A DNA stretch of 63,338 nucleotides, counting the filler, from Vannella sp. (Eukaryota): NCBI GenBank assembly GCA_023345925.1. It is 8 parts of 8 records of this genome, joined end to end, with 100 filler letters (N's around TTAATTAATTAA, not from the genome) between each part and the next. Parts side by side here need not be neighbours in the genome. Positions count along the whole stretch, not along the records: positions 35,551 to 45,149 come from JAJQQN010000141.1; positions 45,250 to 52,764 come from JAJQQN010001372.1; 6 more parts are not named here. One strand, given 5' to 3'. Made by a program: the position numbers and the translations under genes. Below the pieces are notes generated by a model. It was not told the DNA's origin and made no database searches. It saw nothing but the letters and a program-made list of their open reading frames with translations. Below, piece by piece: positions 37,842 through 50,293 of the stretch; within the stretch, counting starts at the first letter, position 1, and every line of letters starts with the position of its first letter.

Positions 37842-40800
37842 ATGAGCAAGTTCTTTGGAGGCTCTGGGCAGGTCTATGGCACAGTATACCACGCTGGCTA
37901 TGAGGCAACATCACTGGATGAAGCAACGTTGGCAGGGGTGAGCGTTCTGAACGTCTGGCAGAAGTAAAGGCTGACTTTTGACTTCTACGTAGGTTGCTGA
38001 GCCTGCTAGTCTGTCTCCTTATGTTGAAACCTATTCTACCGACCACTTACAGTCTAAAGGAGAACTAGAGGGGCTAGCAGTAGCAGTTCCTCTTCTTTGT
38101 GCTCCTCCTGAAGCGCCCCCTTTGCCCAACTTGGCGCTTTCTGTCCCTTCTGCTCGCTCCTTCAAGGCTATCCGACCTATCATCGCCCCTCGATCTCCCA
38201 TTCAACAGGGAGGGGTCAAGGTAAGAGAAATTGCCCGTTCCGTGATGGAACGGAAGACACTCCTCGATCAAGCCTCTGCTCCCACCTCAGAACTGGCCCC
38301 TATCTTCTTTGCATTCACTCCTTTGCCCTGGCCAATGACTGCAAGTGGGGGTAGCACTGAAAGTCTCTTCTTACCGGCAGAGTCCGTTCCATCACAGTTA
38401 GTTTGCTCTCCATCCAGCTTTCCAGCGGGCTTTTCTCCACCACAAAACCTACCTAGTTGTAGTTTAACATACTCTCAATCGTCAGGAACTCCTGACCGAA
38501 GCGAAGGCTTCGAGAACTCCAAATCAATCACTAATCGGGAACTATCTTTCTCAGCTTCCCCAGCTTCCCCAGCTAACCCATCTTCCTATTTGGATGAGGA
38601 TGCATTTACTTGGGGTCCTGAAAAAGCCAGCCGTGAGCAGGAGCTGTCCCCATCGTTGGGAGAGTTTGGACACACCATCGGCCATTCAATGGACGAGGGA
38701 CATGGCTTCTCCATGCAACAATCAGATTTCTCAGCATGCCAGAAGGATGCCACTTTAAATTGCCTTCCGGGAGCTGACCAAGCCTCTGCGTACGGAGATG
38801 ATGCAGAATGGACTTCTCATTCCTTCCCAACAGACCCTTCTCTTCAAAGGGGTTACTCAACAGATGCAGAAGGTGCATTTCTTTTTCATGTCCAACCTTT
38901 ATCGCTATTATCGGAGGGAGTGCCTGAGAGTGTTCTTCAAGCCAACGCTTTTGAGAATGTTGAATTCTCTTTTGGAGAGTCCCCCGTTTCCAACAAAAAC
39001 TGTCCTTATGCGGACACAAGTAGTGCAGGAGTATGGAGTATTAATGAACCGTTGGAAGACTCAAAAGAGTACAAAAAACTGGAAGAGCGATTGGAAAAGG
39101 TCCATGACTTGGCCACCCTCAAACAGATGCTCCTTGACGCTGCCAAAGACGGCGATGAAATTTCTCTCCACTCATTAAACAGAGAGCTGAAACAAGAACA
39201 GCCTCTTCTCAATCGGCATCACCGTGACTGGAACAGCGAGTTTCAGACACTTCTTGAAACACCCGATTCCACCTCCAAGTTCCGCCGGCTGGCCCACCTC
39301 GCCCATGACTTTGTCTATGCAGCAACCACCTACGCGAAAATTATTATCTCTGAACAATGTCTGCCGAACAATCAACGAACAATCCCGCCAATCTCCGTGG
39401 GCGGAGTGGCGGGCGGGCAAAAGTACCTTTGCCAAAACATTATTTTCAAGTTTGCATTGGATGTGGAGATCGCCCCGGGGCTCTACATGTATGGTGGTGC
39501 CTATGTGGATCATGAATCTGCTATGAAAGCAGCTGCTCATGAACTGAAAGGACTCTGTCAGTATTATAGTACTTTGACTCCCCAACTTGCGTACCCTCTC
39601 CTTGCCTACATTGACTACAAAGGCTTCCGAGTCATTGCAATATCTGTATTACCCATCGGCAGAGACTCTCTTTGCTATGGATCTTCTGATTCTGGTGTCC
39701 ACGTTGTCGCGAAAGATTCACAATTGAACTCCTTAATGGAGCGGGCTGCATCAGTACTCAATCTCCAGCCTCACGTTGCTGGAACTGTGGCCGGGCAATG
39801 TGCCCGTCTGAGCAGTGCGGGCGATCTTGAAGCCCATTACGGGACTGACGGCCGATTCTACATCTTAGACTTTGCGAGAGCCTTTCCTCCGGAGTCTCCT
39901 CCCATCCTCAGCTCCGCTCGGCAGCCCAGAGCGGTCTACTACCGACTTCTAAGGCCGGAATTAGTTCGTAGCAACCAAACACCTCTTAGTCCCGATGCTT
40001 TCACCTCTTGGAGTCTTTTAGACCCCCAATTTAGGGAACACAACGGAGCAGTATTTCGGTGTACTTTAAGGCTCCTCAATACGGTTATTCCTGGGTTTGC
40101 AGGCTGCTTAGACGTGGATTGGCAGTCAATGGAAGACAAATTGATTCCCGAAGTCCACCGAGCGGGTATTAACGTGCGGCATCTGGGCCAAATACGATCT
40201 CACTGCGTTGTAGCACCAGCAAGATCTCTACTGTTGGTAGAAATGGTAGTGAGAGTGGTCAAAAATCGATTAAGGGATGAAATGCGGGCAGCCATGCGCC
40301 AGGCTCAAGGACTCTCTCAAGAAGCCTTCAAAGCCAGCGCTATTTCTACCTTCAATCTGGTTTTGGGCAAGGCTAGTCGACCAGCTATCCGCCAATTCTG
40401 GTCAACCATTCACAATCGAGTCACTTCCAAGTTCTTCCACGGAATCACCGGTATTTCCGGTCTCCATCAAAGTGAGACTGCTGAGTCTCTCCAACATCAA
40501 ATGGAAAGTGCGACATGCTTGCGGCGCCTCATGAAGAGACTCTTGGCTCTGTTAGGAGTTCGGATCACCGAGCAAGCAGCCCAGCAACTGGATGACGACC
40601 CCTTTGCGTTTGAATTCGTCGACGCTGATGTTGCTGAGGTCAGCGCTCAACCCCATTTCATGGATATTATAGACTACGCCGAAGCAATGGCTCTTGAGAG
40701 GATGGCACAGGATAAAGCGGCAGAGAGGGAGAAATTGCGTTTGCTTGAACTCAGTGCAAAGAAGTTCGAACGCGCTCTTCACTCGACCCCAGCCAATTAC

Positions 40801-43344
40801 ATGGCAGTCTACAACTGGGGAGAAGTCCTGTTCCAACAAGCCCGACATACAGAACATCTCCCTGCCCGAATATCACTTTTACACGAAGCTGCTGACAAAT
40901 TGAGTTCTGCATTGGCTATCAGTCCAGTCAAATTTGCTCTCCTTCATTTAGGGGAGATCTATCTGACCCTGGCCATGAACGACAAGCCAACTAGTGCCTT
41001 GAATAACTTCATCCTCGCAGCACAGATGTTCTTGCGCGCTGTGCAAGCTGATTCTGCTTTCATTGAACATCTCACAGGCTACTTGGATATGCTATTGAAG
41101 CCCCCTACAAGAGCTTATCAGCTTCGAGGGCTTCTAGAGATGTGCAAACGAATAGCAGTAGCTCTGCCAAATAATGTGGCGATTTTCCGTGCCTGGAGTG
41201 AAGCTATCCTAGATCTAGCACTGAACTTTTCCTCTTTCTCCCAAATACAGCTCACGGATGAAGTCAATAGCTTCGCCCACGCTGCTATTCGTGGTGTACA
41301 AGAGGATGAGGCATGCCTTGCTTTGATTGTGGACGTTATAGATCGAGTGAGCGACTTGGCGTTCCACCATAAGCAACTTTATCTCTTTGTAGCCAGCCTT
41401 TACCCAGCTATTCAACTTGGAACACAAGGGAATACTTCCCATTTGTTTTTGCAGTGGGGTTGGGCCCTTTGGGAGCATGCAAAAACCCTCGATTATCTTC
41501 AATATTCCGGTGCATTGGCCGCAGCAGCCGAAAAGTTCGAAATGGCCGTACAATTTGACGCTGATTGCCTCGATGAGCACCTAAGGAAGGCTGCGGAAGG
41601 GCAAGGAACCTTATTTTCGCAGTGGCTGGACTTACTGGAAGGTGCACCAAACGTTAGAACTCGTTTGTTCTCTTTCCTTCGCACAGATTCGCTCAGACTC
41701 CACTGGTCACTCAGTCTGACCAGCGCTAAAGAGCTGGCTGAGCACGCAGCAGGGGCTCTGACTAGTGTATCTTTTGTTCAAGTGCACCAAGCCAGTGCCA
41801 TTCTTGTGCTCTTGTCTCAGCACTGCCCAAATATCACTTCCATCTCCCTGCAACTTTGTGCTGTGGAGCTTTCCGCTGTCGAGAAGGTTTGCCAGCAACT
41901 CCCAAATCTTGAGTCATTCACTCTAATGGAGTTTCGTGCTACAGCTGACCTTCTTTTACCCCTTTCTACAATGCCCCACATTCACACTATTCGGTTCCAT
42001 GACGTTCGGGTGAAAGAACGAGCCCAATACCTCGCTAGACTCTCTGGGACACTCCAAAACTTGGATTTAAGTTACAGCACCATTACTGACGCTGAGTTCT
42101 CTTCTCTCAAGTGTCTCACTGGACTACGTGAGCTCACTCTTCGCTATTGCAAACACATCCAAAACAGCATTCCTGACTTGGTGCGCCAACTGAAGCATTT
42201 AAAGCACTTGGATGTGTCTGGAGCTTATCGTGATACAGACAGTATTACAGCCGCGGTACTCAAGTCAGGATGCCGTACTCTACGCTACTTGAATGTCTCT
42301 CATTGCAAGAAACTTACAGATAAGGGTCTGACCGATATCGCCGCCATCTTTGGGTGCAATCCGCTTTCCTCCCTTTCTTTCGCTGACTGTTGCCGTATCA
42401 CCGAAGCGGGATTGGCTACCTTGTCTATTGCAGAGGGACTCTCTCAACTGCGTCACTTGGACATGAGCCTCAACAACCACATCCAAGAGAGCAGCATTGC
42501 TGTCCTTTTCCAGCGCCTTGATGCTTCTCGCTTAGAATCCCTGAAGCTTGTGCGCTGTTCTGTCATGAATAGTACGCTCTCTAACCTCACCAGCAGTCAG
42601 AACGGCCCCTTCTCTCTTCGAGAGCTCTCCCTAAAGTCCACAAAAGTGACTGACCTCACTTGGGTGGCCGAGCATTGTCCTAGACTGGAAAAGATCGAAC
42701 TGGGAGAGTGTCCTATCCAAGGGCCCTCTCTCCTAGCCTTGGCCAGACATTGTCCAAACCTGATAGACATTGACTTGACCCGTTGCAACGGGATTACGGA
42801 AGTAGAACTGATAGATTACTTGAAGCTATCTCCCAACTTGGTGCACCTACGACTGAATTACTGTTTACCAGTGGGACTGGACTCTCTCTTGACCATTGCT
42901 GAAGGTTGCCTGGCCCTGGAGACTCTCGAGTTGGAAGACAATCTCCGTATCAATGACGCAACGGTCATGCATTTGCAGAATCTCCCTTCTTTGCGCCGAC
43001 TGAATCTCAGCCGGTGCAACAGGGTCAAGAGCAATTCAATCGTTCGATTGGCTCAGTCGAGCCCTCTTTTGCACCACTTGGATGTGAGTAACACCACTTT
43101 GGTGGACGGAAAGGGCGCTATACAAGTCGCCAAGTATGCGAAACAGCTCCATACTTTCTGTGCTCGCCAGACTCACAATGTCACCCAAGAGACGGTGGAT
43201 TGGATGACGCGTTACCGCCCCAACATCACTTTCGTGGTGGATCGGAGCTCCAGCATGGTCTCAGAACTTCGAGAGCACGTTCAATTCCAATCCAGAGCGC
43301 ATGTTCCTCTCGAGAGTCTTCCATTTAGAAGGAGTAACTGTTGA
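37842..43344 (+). CDS. CLU-domain + TPR + LRR protein
   Basis: CLU motifs (DFVYAATTYAKIIISE, GGVAGGQKY, IDYKGFRVIAISVLPI, GTDGRFYILDFAR, LLRPELV, HRAGINVRHLG), TPR-like helices, a long run of cysteine-containing LRRs; single intron 37938-37992. Confidence 0.85.
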
Positions 43345-43456
43345 CGAGCCGAACCGAGAGCATTTTCATGCGCATTCTCCTTGCCAAGATAAACAACTTG
43401 CGATGTTTCATCCCCCATCTGCATTTCCCCTTCATTTCACCCGTTCCCTTCAAGGC

Positions 43457-44661
43457 ATGTCGCGCATCGAAAGACTTCGCGTTCCTTTGGTTGAACTTCC
43501 AACGGGAGACTGGGTGCATTTGCAGGTCATTTTGATTGACTCACCGTCAGGAGGAGAGCAAGAGGATGACCCAAAGACCTTCTTGATCACTGGGAGTAAG
43601 AAGAGCGCTCTTCTGTCTGAGGGAGGTTTCTAACGTGTGCAGACATACACGGAGACGAAGTTACGGGACTGGTGGTAGTCCATCGTATCATAGACTGGCT
43701 TGAGAAGCATCCAGACGCTCTCCGCGGCAGGGTCATCCTCATTCCCTCTCTCAATCCGACCGGGCTCCTTTCACGCTCCCGTTTCCCCGCCTTTGATGAC
43801 CAGGACCCTAACCGCACATGGCCTGACAGTAAACCAGCACATCTCTGCCCTTCTGGTGAAGAGTCCACGACAGACGCTTGGCACGAAGTGCAAAAGCGCG
43901 TGGAGGGGCGGACTCGCCCCCAGAATAGCGCCTTCGAGGCGATTTGGGAGTACATTACTACCACAGTGAAACCAGACTACCACTTGGACTTACACACGTA
44001 CTCTACTCTGTCCATTCCTTTCATCTTCCTTGACCGTTTGATGTTTGACCGCGAGAAAGGGGACACAGAAGAGGCGGCACAGGCTCTGTGGAATACCACG
44101 CATGCCTTTGTTCAATCCATCGGCCTGACAGTGGTTATGGAACGCCCTGCTCACTTGTACATCAAACAGAAGCTCCACAGATCCACCAGCGGCACCACAT
44201 TCAACAAGCTCCGAATCCCCTCCTGCACCATCGAGCTGGGCCCGATGCATTGTGTGCCTCCAGCGTCTCTCTCTGCGGGGGTGTCTGCAGTCTTGAACGC
44301 GATGCGCTTCTCCGGCCATCTTTGCCTCCCAGAGAGTCTTGCTATCACAGAAGTGCCTGTGTTGCACTTTGATAAGCCCCACCGCTATCTCGTGTACCCG
44401 CTGTGTCCTGTAACAGGCATTGCTGACTTCCTTGTCCCCGCTGGAGGGAAATTCCAAGTGGGGGATGCTTTGGCAGTCATCCGTCGGATGGATGGGACGT
44501 TAGCGGGGACTGCCATTGCGGAAATGGACGGTTTCGTCATTGGCTGGGTCGATGGAGTCGCATTCCACAAGGACCAACCCATGTGCATGGTTGCAGTGGA
44601 AGATGGCAATGTTCCCTCAGTATGTGCCTGGCAAGATCTCCCGCCTTCCAGTTTACAGTGA
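43457..44661 (+). CDS. Succinylglutamate desuccinylase/aspartoacylase (M14-like) family protein
   Basis: ITG|NIHGDE restored across an intron, DPNRTWP, LDLHT, TIELG, C-terminal barrel-sandwich hybrid. Confidence 0.85.
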
Positions 44662-45249
44662 GACTAGCACATACACTTAATCTCATTAGATTAGTGAACA
44701 ATTCTAATGATAATAGATAAACCAATCAGCCTCTTGAGGGTCAAAAGTCCCTCCCCTTTTCATCAACCCACTCACATCCTCCAAAAACAGTTCCATCTTC
44801 GACCTCCTTCCATGCGGACTAGAAGGGCAGGATTTTTCCGCGGATACTACGTCACTAACATCTCCACCTCAGATTCCGTTTCAGCAATTGTGAGGAGCAC
44901 ACGGATCTGGATACCTATCCAGATCCGTACATGGCTATCTGGGAAAAGACGTGTCGAACTAGCAGAGCACCACTACGATAACATGAAGCGCAAACCAATC
45001 GCATGAAGGCCCAGGGCCTTCACTATCAAATCTCATCTAAAACCCCAATGCAATCACAATGACTCCACTGGCCAGCTGTCTGGGAGAATGATGCAATCTC
45101 ATGAAGATGAAGCCGCCTCCTTCCTCTACTCCGTCACTTGTTGGTTACGNNNNNNNNNNNNNNNNNNNNNNNNNNNNNNNNNNNNNNNNNNNNTTAATTA
45201 ATTAANNNNNNNNNNNNNNNNNNNNNNNNNNNNNNNNNNNNNNNNNNNN

Positions 45250-47064
45250 ACCTTTTCCATGTACTGTTCTTGACACTTGTATGGTAGGAAGGGGAGCGAT
45301 CACAGGATCGAGAACCCGCGCAGCGGCATCAACCTCGTCTAAGGGAGTCTGGAAATTGTGCTTTTTCATGTGACACACGGCTTTCTCTAAGGGCTTCTCG
45401 TCATTGATCCATCCAGTATCAACAGCAGTCATGAAGATGTTGGTTTTCCGGTAATCTTGTGCACTCGTCCGAGTCATCATATTGAGGGCTGCTTTGGCCA
45501 TATTCGTGTGCGGATGCGTGTCCGATTTGTATCGATAGAATTTACCTTCCATCGCACTGACATTGACGATGAACTTTGGAGTCTCCGGGTCGATTTCCAT
45601 CAATGGCTTGAGCTTGGCATTGATGATGGCTGGGGCCATTGCGTTGATGAGCATTACTTCAGCGAGCTCAGGGGTCGACACTTCATCTAGCTTGAGCATC
45701 CAACTATTTTTTTGTCGGAGATCCACTTGTTGCCCATTGACATCAGTTGCTTGGGTGGGGAACAAAGCGGTGCTAAAGTCACTGTCTTCCGGAATCAATT
45801 CCATCTGAGTCATTTCCGATGATGTTACAATCACCGGTGAAGATGTTGAAGGTGGCCTTTGGAGCTCTTGCTCAACCAGTACTGGCCTTCGCTTGACCTC
45901 AGATGACGAAACGGCAGGTGTCACGTGATCCGCAATAATCTCGTCATCATCAGTGACCTCCTCAATAATGGCGAAATTATTGGATGGCAAAATTGTTGCA
46001 GTTTGTTGGCGAAGAGCATCATGGAGGTCATAATTTTGTTGCAGTAATTGGCGGGTGCTGGCGGGGACGTCGGAGGGGGTGGCGGAAAGTCTCTCGTTGT
46101 CGAGCAGATGTTGGAAGAAGGCGGGTGGACGACGGATTGTTTGACAGGCGTTGTTGATGATGACATCCAGGCGAGTAAATCGCTCTCGGAGGAAGGCACA
46201 GAAGCTCTCCAGAGCTGCAACGTTGCGAAAGTCCAGTCCAAAGAGATGAAGGTTCCCAGACCACGTTGCAAAGTCTGATTCTCGTTCAAAGCGTTGCGCA
46301 GCATCGGCTGGGAAGCGCGTTGAACCGATCACTGTGGCTCCGCAACGTAGAAGTTTGAGGGCGCAGCGATAACCAATCTTCACACGCGCTCCTGTCACGA
46401 AGCAAACCTTCCCTGTCATATCCACTGTCTCTGTGCGCTTCCGGTAGTTCAATGAGGCGCACTCAGGGCACAGCTGGTCGTAGTAGAAGTGCAGTTGATG
46501 GTATTTGGCCTTACAGATGTAACAGATGATGCCTTTGTCCACTAGAACTGGGTCCTCACCGGCTTCTGGTCCTTCTTGAGGGTTGAACTCTCCCGCGGGG
46601 AGTTGAAGTTGGTCGCTCCCTGGGCCTAAAAGGAGAGTTGGAGTGTGTTCATGTCCCACTCCATCAAGAACACGGAGTACTTCCTCTTTGCCCTCCTCGT
46701 TGAGCTTCTCGAGGTGTTTCATGCGTTCTGCTCGAAGTTTGGTGGAGTTGATCCGCTTGGTATCTGTCTCATCGGTCTTGGGCTTCTTGCGAGTAGGAGC
46801 GGCAACCTCTTCCAGTTGCTGATCAACGCGAGCTTGAATAAGGGGCGCCAACACCTGGCGGAGCTGGCGTAAGAAGGGATGGGCGATCTGAGGATGATCC
46901 ACCGCGTGTTGTACCACACGAAGGCACGTTCCCAGCTCAGTGGAAGAGAACGGAAGCGATGCATCTTCCGTAGCAGATGAAGGCGATCCCTGTCCCACAC
47001 TGGAGGCGGCTTGGTCCAGCTCCTCGCGGAGGCGTTTCCTCTTCCGCTCCCTCAGCTTGCCCAT
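45250..47064 (-). CDS. SDR oxidoreductase with CxxC..CxxC zinc-binding insert, 3' end at contig edge
   Basis: CYICK..LCPEC, VTGARVKIGY, INNACQT, VNVSAMEG, HTNMAKAALNM. Confidence 0.85.
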
Positions 47065-47348
47065 GGACCCAAAATCAAATGAATTCCCTTTTTGCTTGCT
47101 CTCTCAACTTCCCTTTGCGATGATGGACTCTATTTTGCGGTTTGGCGAGGGAATGGAGAATCCAGGAGGGCTGGGATGGACTGGGTCTCTGATCAATAGA
47201 GAACGGCGGGCTTATGACCTGTTGGGTTCAGGTGGTTACTTTGATGGGAGTAACTGGAGACCAGTTCAGTTGGTGCTTTGCAAGCCAACGCCACGAAAGA
47301 ACGCAGTTTGGTGAAGAGCGGGCAAGTGAATCCTTTCGAATGAGAGAA

Positions 47349-48059
47349 CTAACGGAAAGGACTTGGTAGCAGTTGGAATGGAAGGTGTTTTGGCTGAGGA
47401 AAGGTCCTGTCGTAATGGACCTTTCCTTGTAAGCTGGCCACGAACTCCTGGAAATCACGCTCCTCCGCATCCTCTTCTTTTGTTGGTGCTGGAGAGTGGA
47501 TTGGATCTTCTGGAAGGTTCATGGCGGCTGATGAAAGGTTGCGCAGAGCAGAGGCTCCTCGGAACGTTTCAAGATAGTCAAAGGAAGGTTCTTTTTCTTT
47601 TGTTGATGATTGTTTGAAGATACCCTTTGAGATGCTTGGTTTTTGCACGGATAGGACTGTGCTCATGCGGGAGGGGGGCAATTTCTCTCGCAGGTTCTTA
47701 ACTCTGGCATTGAACGCGTTTGTCTCATTCTTTGACACGAGTGACTTGAAAGGAGCGTTAGGTGAGGCAAGTAGAAGCTTTCTTTTCTGCCTCAGATTGG
47801 CAATTTCGCGAGAGAGAGACGGATCTCTTGGCAGAAGCTCCTCGTAGGCTTCAATCATTGTGTCCAAAGATTTGACTTTCCGATGAGGCCATCGTTCCAC
47901 GCCATTCCTTCGACAGATCTTCTTTAAGACCGTAGCACATATACCCAGAGATACCGCAGCTTCATCGATAGGAAGGTTGTACAATGAAGAGACTTCCTGC
48001 ATCGAGATCACTTCCTCCTGGGCTGAATGGTTGGGACCCCCGATCAGGGTGGCGGGCAT
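47349..48059 (-). CDS. RWP-RK domain transcription factor
   Basis: YNLPIDEAAVSLGICATVLKKICRRNGVERWPHRKVKSL. Confidence 0.92.
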   Translation of the reverse strand: MPATLIGGPNHSAQEEVISMQEVSSLYNLPIDEAAVSLGICATVLKKICRRNGVERWPHRKVKSLDTMIEAYEELLPRDPSLSREIANLRQKRKLLLASPNAPFKSLVSKNETNAFNARVKNLREKLPPSRMSTVLSVQKPSISKGIFKQSSTKEKEPSFDYLETFRGASALRNLSSAAMNLPEDPIHSPAPTKEEDAEERDFQEFVASLQGKVHYDRTFPQPKHLPFQLLPSPFR

Positions 48060-48531
48060 GTTGAGGAAATGAGTGAATGAAGTTGAACGAAGGGTTGATT
48101 TCCAAGCAATTCCGGGAATCCATCAAGAATCAGAAAAAAACAGGAATCCATCAGCATTGGGCCTTTGTCGTCTTGTGTCTCATCTCCACCATCAGGCAGG
48201 CCTTGAATGCCCGCGCATCATGGAAGAGTGGCTCGACTGATTGGATATGGAAGCTCTCACCACACGCGGAACCCGTGTATACTGGACTCATAACCCGTTA
48301 AACCAATAGGGTTGGTGGCCACGTGATCTACAGATCTTTACATGGTGTGGTGAGGTTCCCATATCCAACACAACTGTCACATGCAATGTCTGCTGGACCA
48401 ACTTCCTCCATGGGAGTCTCCTTGGTCTCATACTGATTTATTCTGATGAGTGAACAAGGTAAAACCAACAGGGCATTGAGTTGAGCCGTGCTTGAAAGGC
48501 TCAGGCTGAGGAGATTTAAAGAAATGAATCA

Positions 48532-50133
48532 TTATTGGATGTAGAAGGCAACGGGCTCCTTGAGTTTTTTCCTCTCATTCCACATGACACGCTGCATATC
48601 TGGATCCTTCGCAAGACGAGCGAAAGCAGACATTGATCGTACTGAAGGAGCGGAAATGTATCCGGAATGGAGGGTTCCTCGCTTTCCTCCCGAAACCGAA
48701 GAAGAAGAAGAAGAACAGTCTTCTTGTTGGCGCATATGGCTAGTTGGGATCTCGAAATTGAAAAGGAACTCGCTCAATTCCACCCACGCTTCGTTAACTT
48801 GCTGTTTGGCTGCTGGAGAGTAGGTGACGATCCGATCTGGAACAAAAAGGTTTCCTGTTCTTTCGTAGTTGACCACCAACGCTTGCATTAGCTCCCACAA
48901 GATCATCCTATGAGGACTTTCCAAAAGGCTTCGCTCCAAAGCTGCAACAATAGGCTGCATTTGAATCTCGACAATGTCTTGAACAGTGTTCCCACTTAGA
49001 AGGAGCTTCACTGCGTGCTCTAAGGTAGCTACTGAGCCTCCCACTTGAGAGATAAGCAGAGTAGCATCTTTCTCACTGAGTGCGAGGTCGTTCATGTCAA
49101 GAAGCGCCAAAAGGCGCCTGTGGATGGCATCTTGAGATCTCTCTCCAAAAGAGACTTTTCTCACGTCGGGATCAGTCCTAGCGTCCATGTAAGGCTCCAA
49201 CCTAGCTAACAGAGATGGATCATTGGATTGGATGAGAACTTGGCACCAATCCCTCTCCAGTGACATCTCCCGAAGCCACTGAAGGAAGCGCCGCATCTCT
49301 GCTTGCTCTTGTACCTTCTCGATAGGATCAGAGATCGCATCAATGTAGTCTAATAGAGACTCAAAGTTGCTGATCCATACAAACTGCCTCGCACCTGGTC
49401 CTCTTTGCTCGATAAGCGTCGTCATCTCTTCCAAGACATCTACGAACTCTCCTCCTGCTGGGTTCGCTCGATTGCTAGTTACTTGAGCGAGACTTTCTGA
49501 TAGAAGTCTTTGTAGGCCTCCTTTGTGCACTTTCTCATCAGCGCCAGGTGCGCTGGCAGCAAAAAGGGGCGATCGATAGGAATTCGGTTGGATCGAGAAC
49601 TTGATTGCGCTGCTCTCGGCCAAGTAGCTGTTGACAAGGTTATGGCTGTTGAACTCTTTGGGGCCCATGGCTATCGCAAACGTGCCAGCATGCGAGAAGA
49701 CGGCCTCAAGCTCCATCCCTTCATTTAAGAGGGACGGAAATCTGTTGTTGATGACCAGAGGGACAACTGGGGAGGCAATTAACATCTCATCTTCTCCTTT
49801 TGACTCTTCTAGATGCTCAGACTGCTCTTTGGGTGCCACAACAAGGAGGGAGACAGGGTTGGGTTTGCCCAGAGCGGTGTACACCAAAGCCGCAAGTCCT
49901 CCACATATCAAACCAATCCCAATAGGAAACAGCAGCTTCTGCGGAGGGGCTGTGCTGGATCGAGGTGGTAGAGGCGGAGGAATAGGAGAGCTGGAAGAAG
50001 GCAATGTGGGGGGAGGAGAGTAACCCATCCTCCCTTCCACATTTGGCACAGTCCGACGAGCCCTTGTTGTCTCAACGAACGCCATGTTTCTTCCCCTGGC
50101 TGCCACATGGGAGAAGGTCCTCACCCGAAGCAT
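48532..50133 (-). CDS. Predicted mitochondrial membrane protein with a degenerate P-loop ATPase-like domain
   Basis: Presequence-like MLRVRTFSHVAAR, one TM helix, degenerate Walker A (AMGPKEFNS) and Walker B (VWISNFE); intronless. Confidence 0.45.
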   Translation of the reverse strand: MLRVRTFSHVAARGRNMAFVETTRARRTVPNVEGRMGYSPPPTLPSSSSPIPPPLPPRSSTAPPQKLLFPIGIGLICGGLAALVYTALGKPNPVSLLVVAPKEQSEHLEESKGEDEMLIASPVVPLVINNRFPSLLNEGMELEAVFSHAGTFAIAMGPKEFNSHNLVNSYLAESSAIKFSIQPNSYRSPLFAASAPGADEKVHKGGLQRLLSESLAQVTSNRANPAGGEFVDVLEEMTTLIEQRGPGARQFVWISNFESLLDYIDAISDPIEKVQEQAEMRRFLQWLREMSLERDWCQVLIQSNDPSLLARLEPYMDARTDPDVRKVSFGERSQDAIHRRLLALLDMNDLALSEKDATLLISQVGGSVATLEHAVKLLLSGNTVQDIVEIQMQPIVAALERSLLESPHRMILWELMQALVVNYERTGNLFVPDRIVTYSPAAKQQVNEAWVELSEFLFNFEIPTSHMRQQEDCSSSSSSVSGGKRGTLHSGYISAPSVRSMSAFARLAKDPDMQRVMWNERKKLKEPVAFYIQ

Positions 50134-50293
50134 GACCCAAACAAATGAATTTTCCCGCCATTTTCCAAATGTGCTGACCTTCTTTGGAAGTGAATGGGAG
50201 GATTCATCTGGCACTTGAAAAGACGAAAATCATGTCTAAAGCGCTCCTTCTTGAAACCAGCTCGAAAGGACATTCTTTGGTGACCCTTCATTG

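Noticed and set aside
44812..45149. Short ORF fragments at a contig end
   Set aside because: No recognisable domain or consistent exon model
48444..48509. Possible C/D-box snoRNA (TGATGA...CTGA)
   Set aside because: Weak terminal stem and no rRNA-complementary guide that I could recognise
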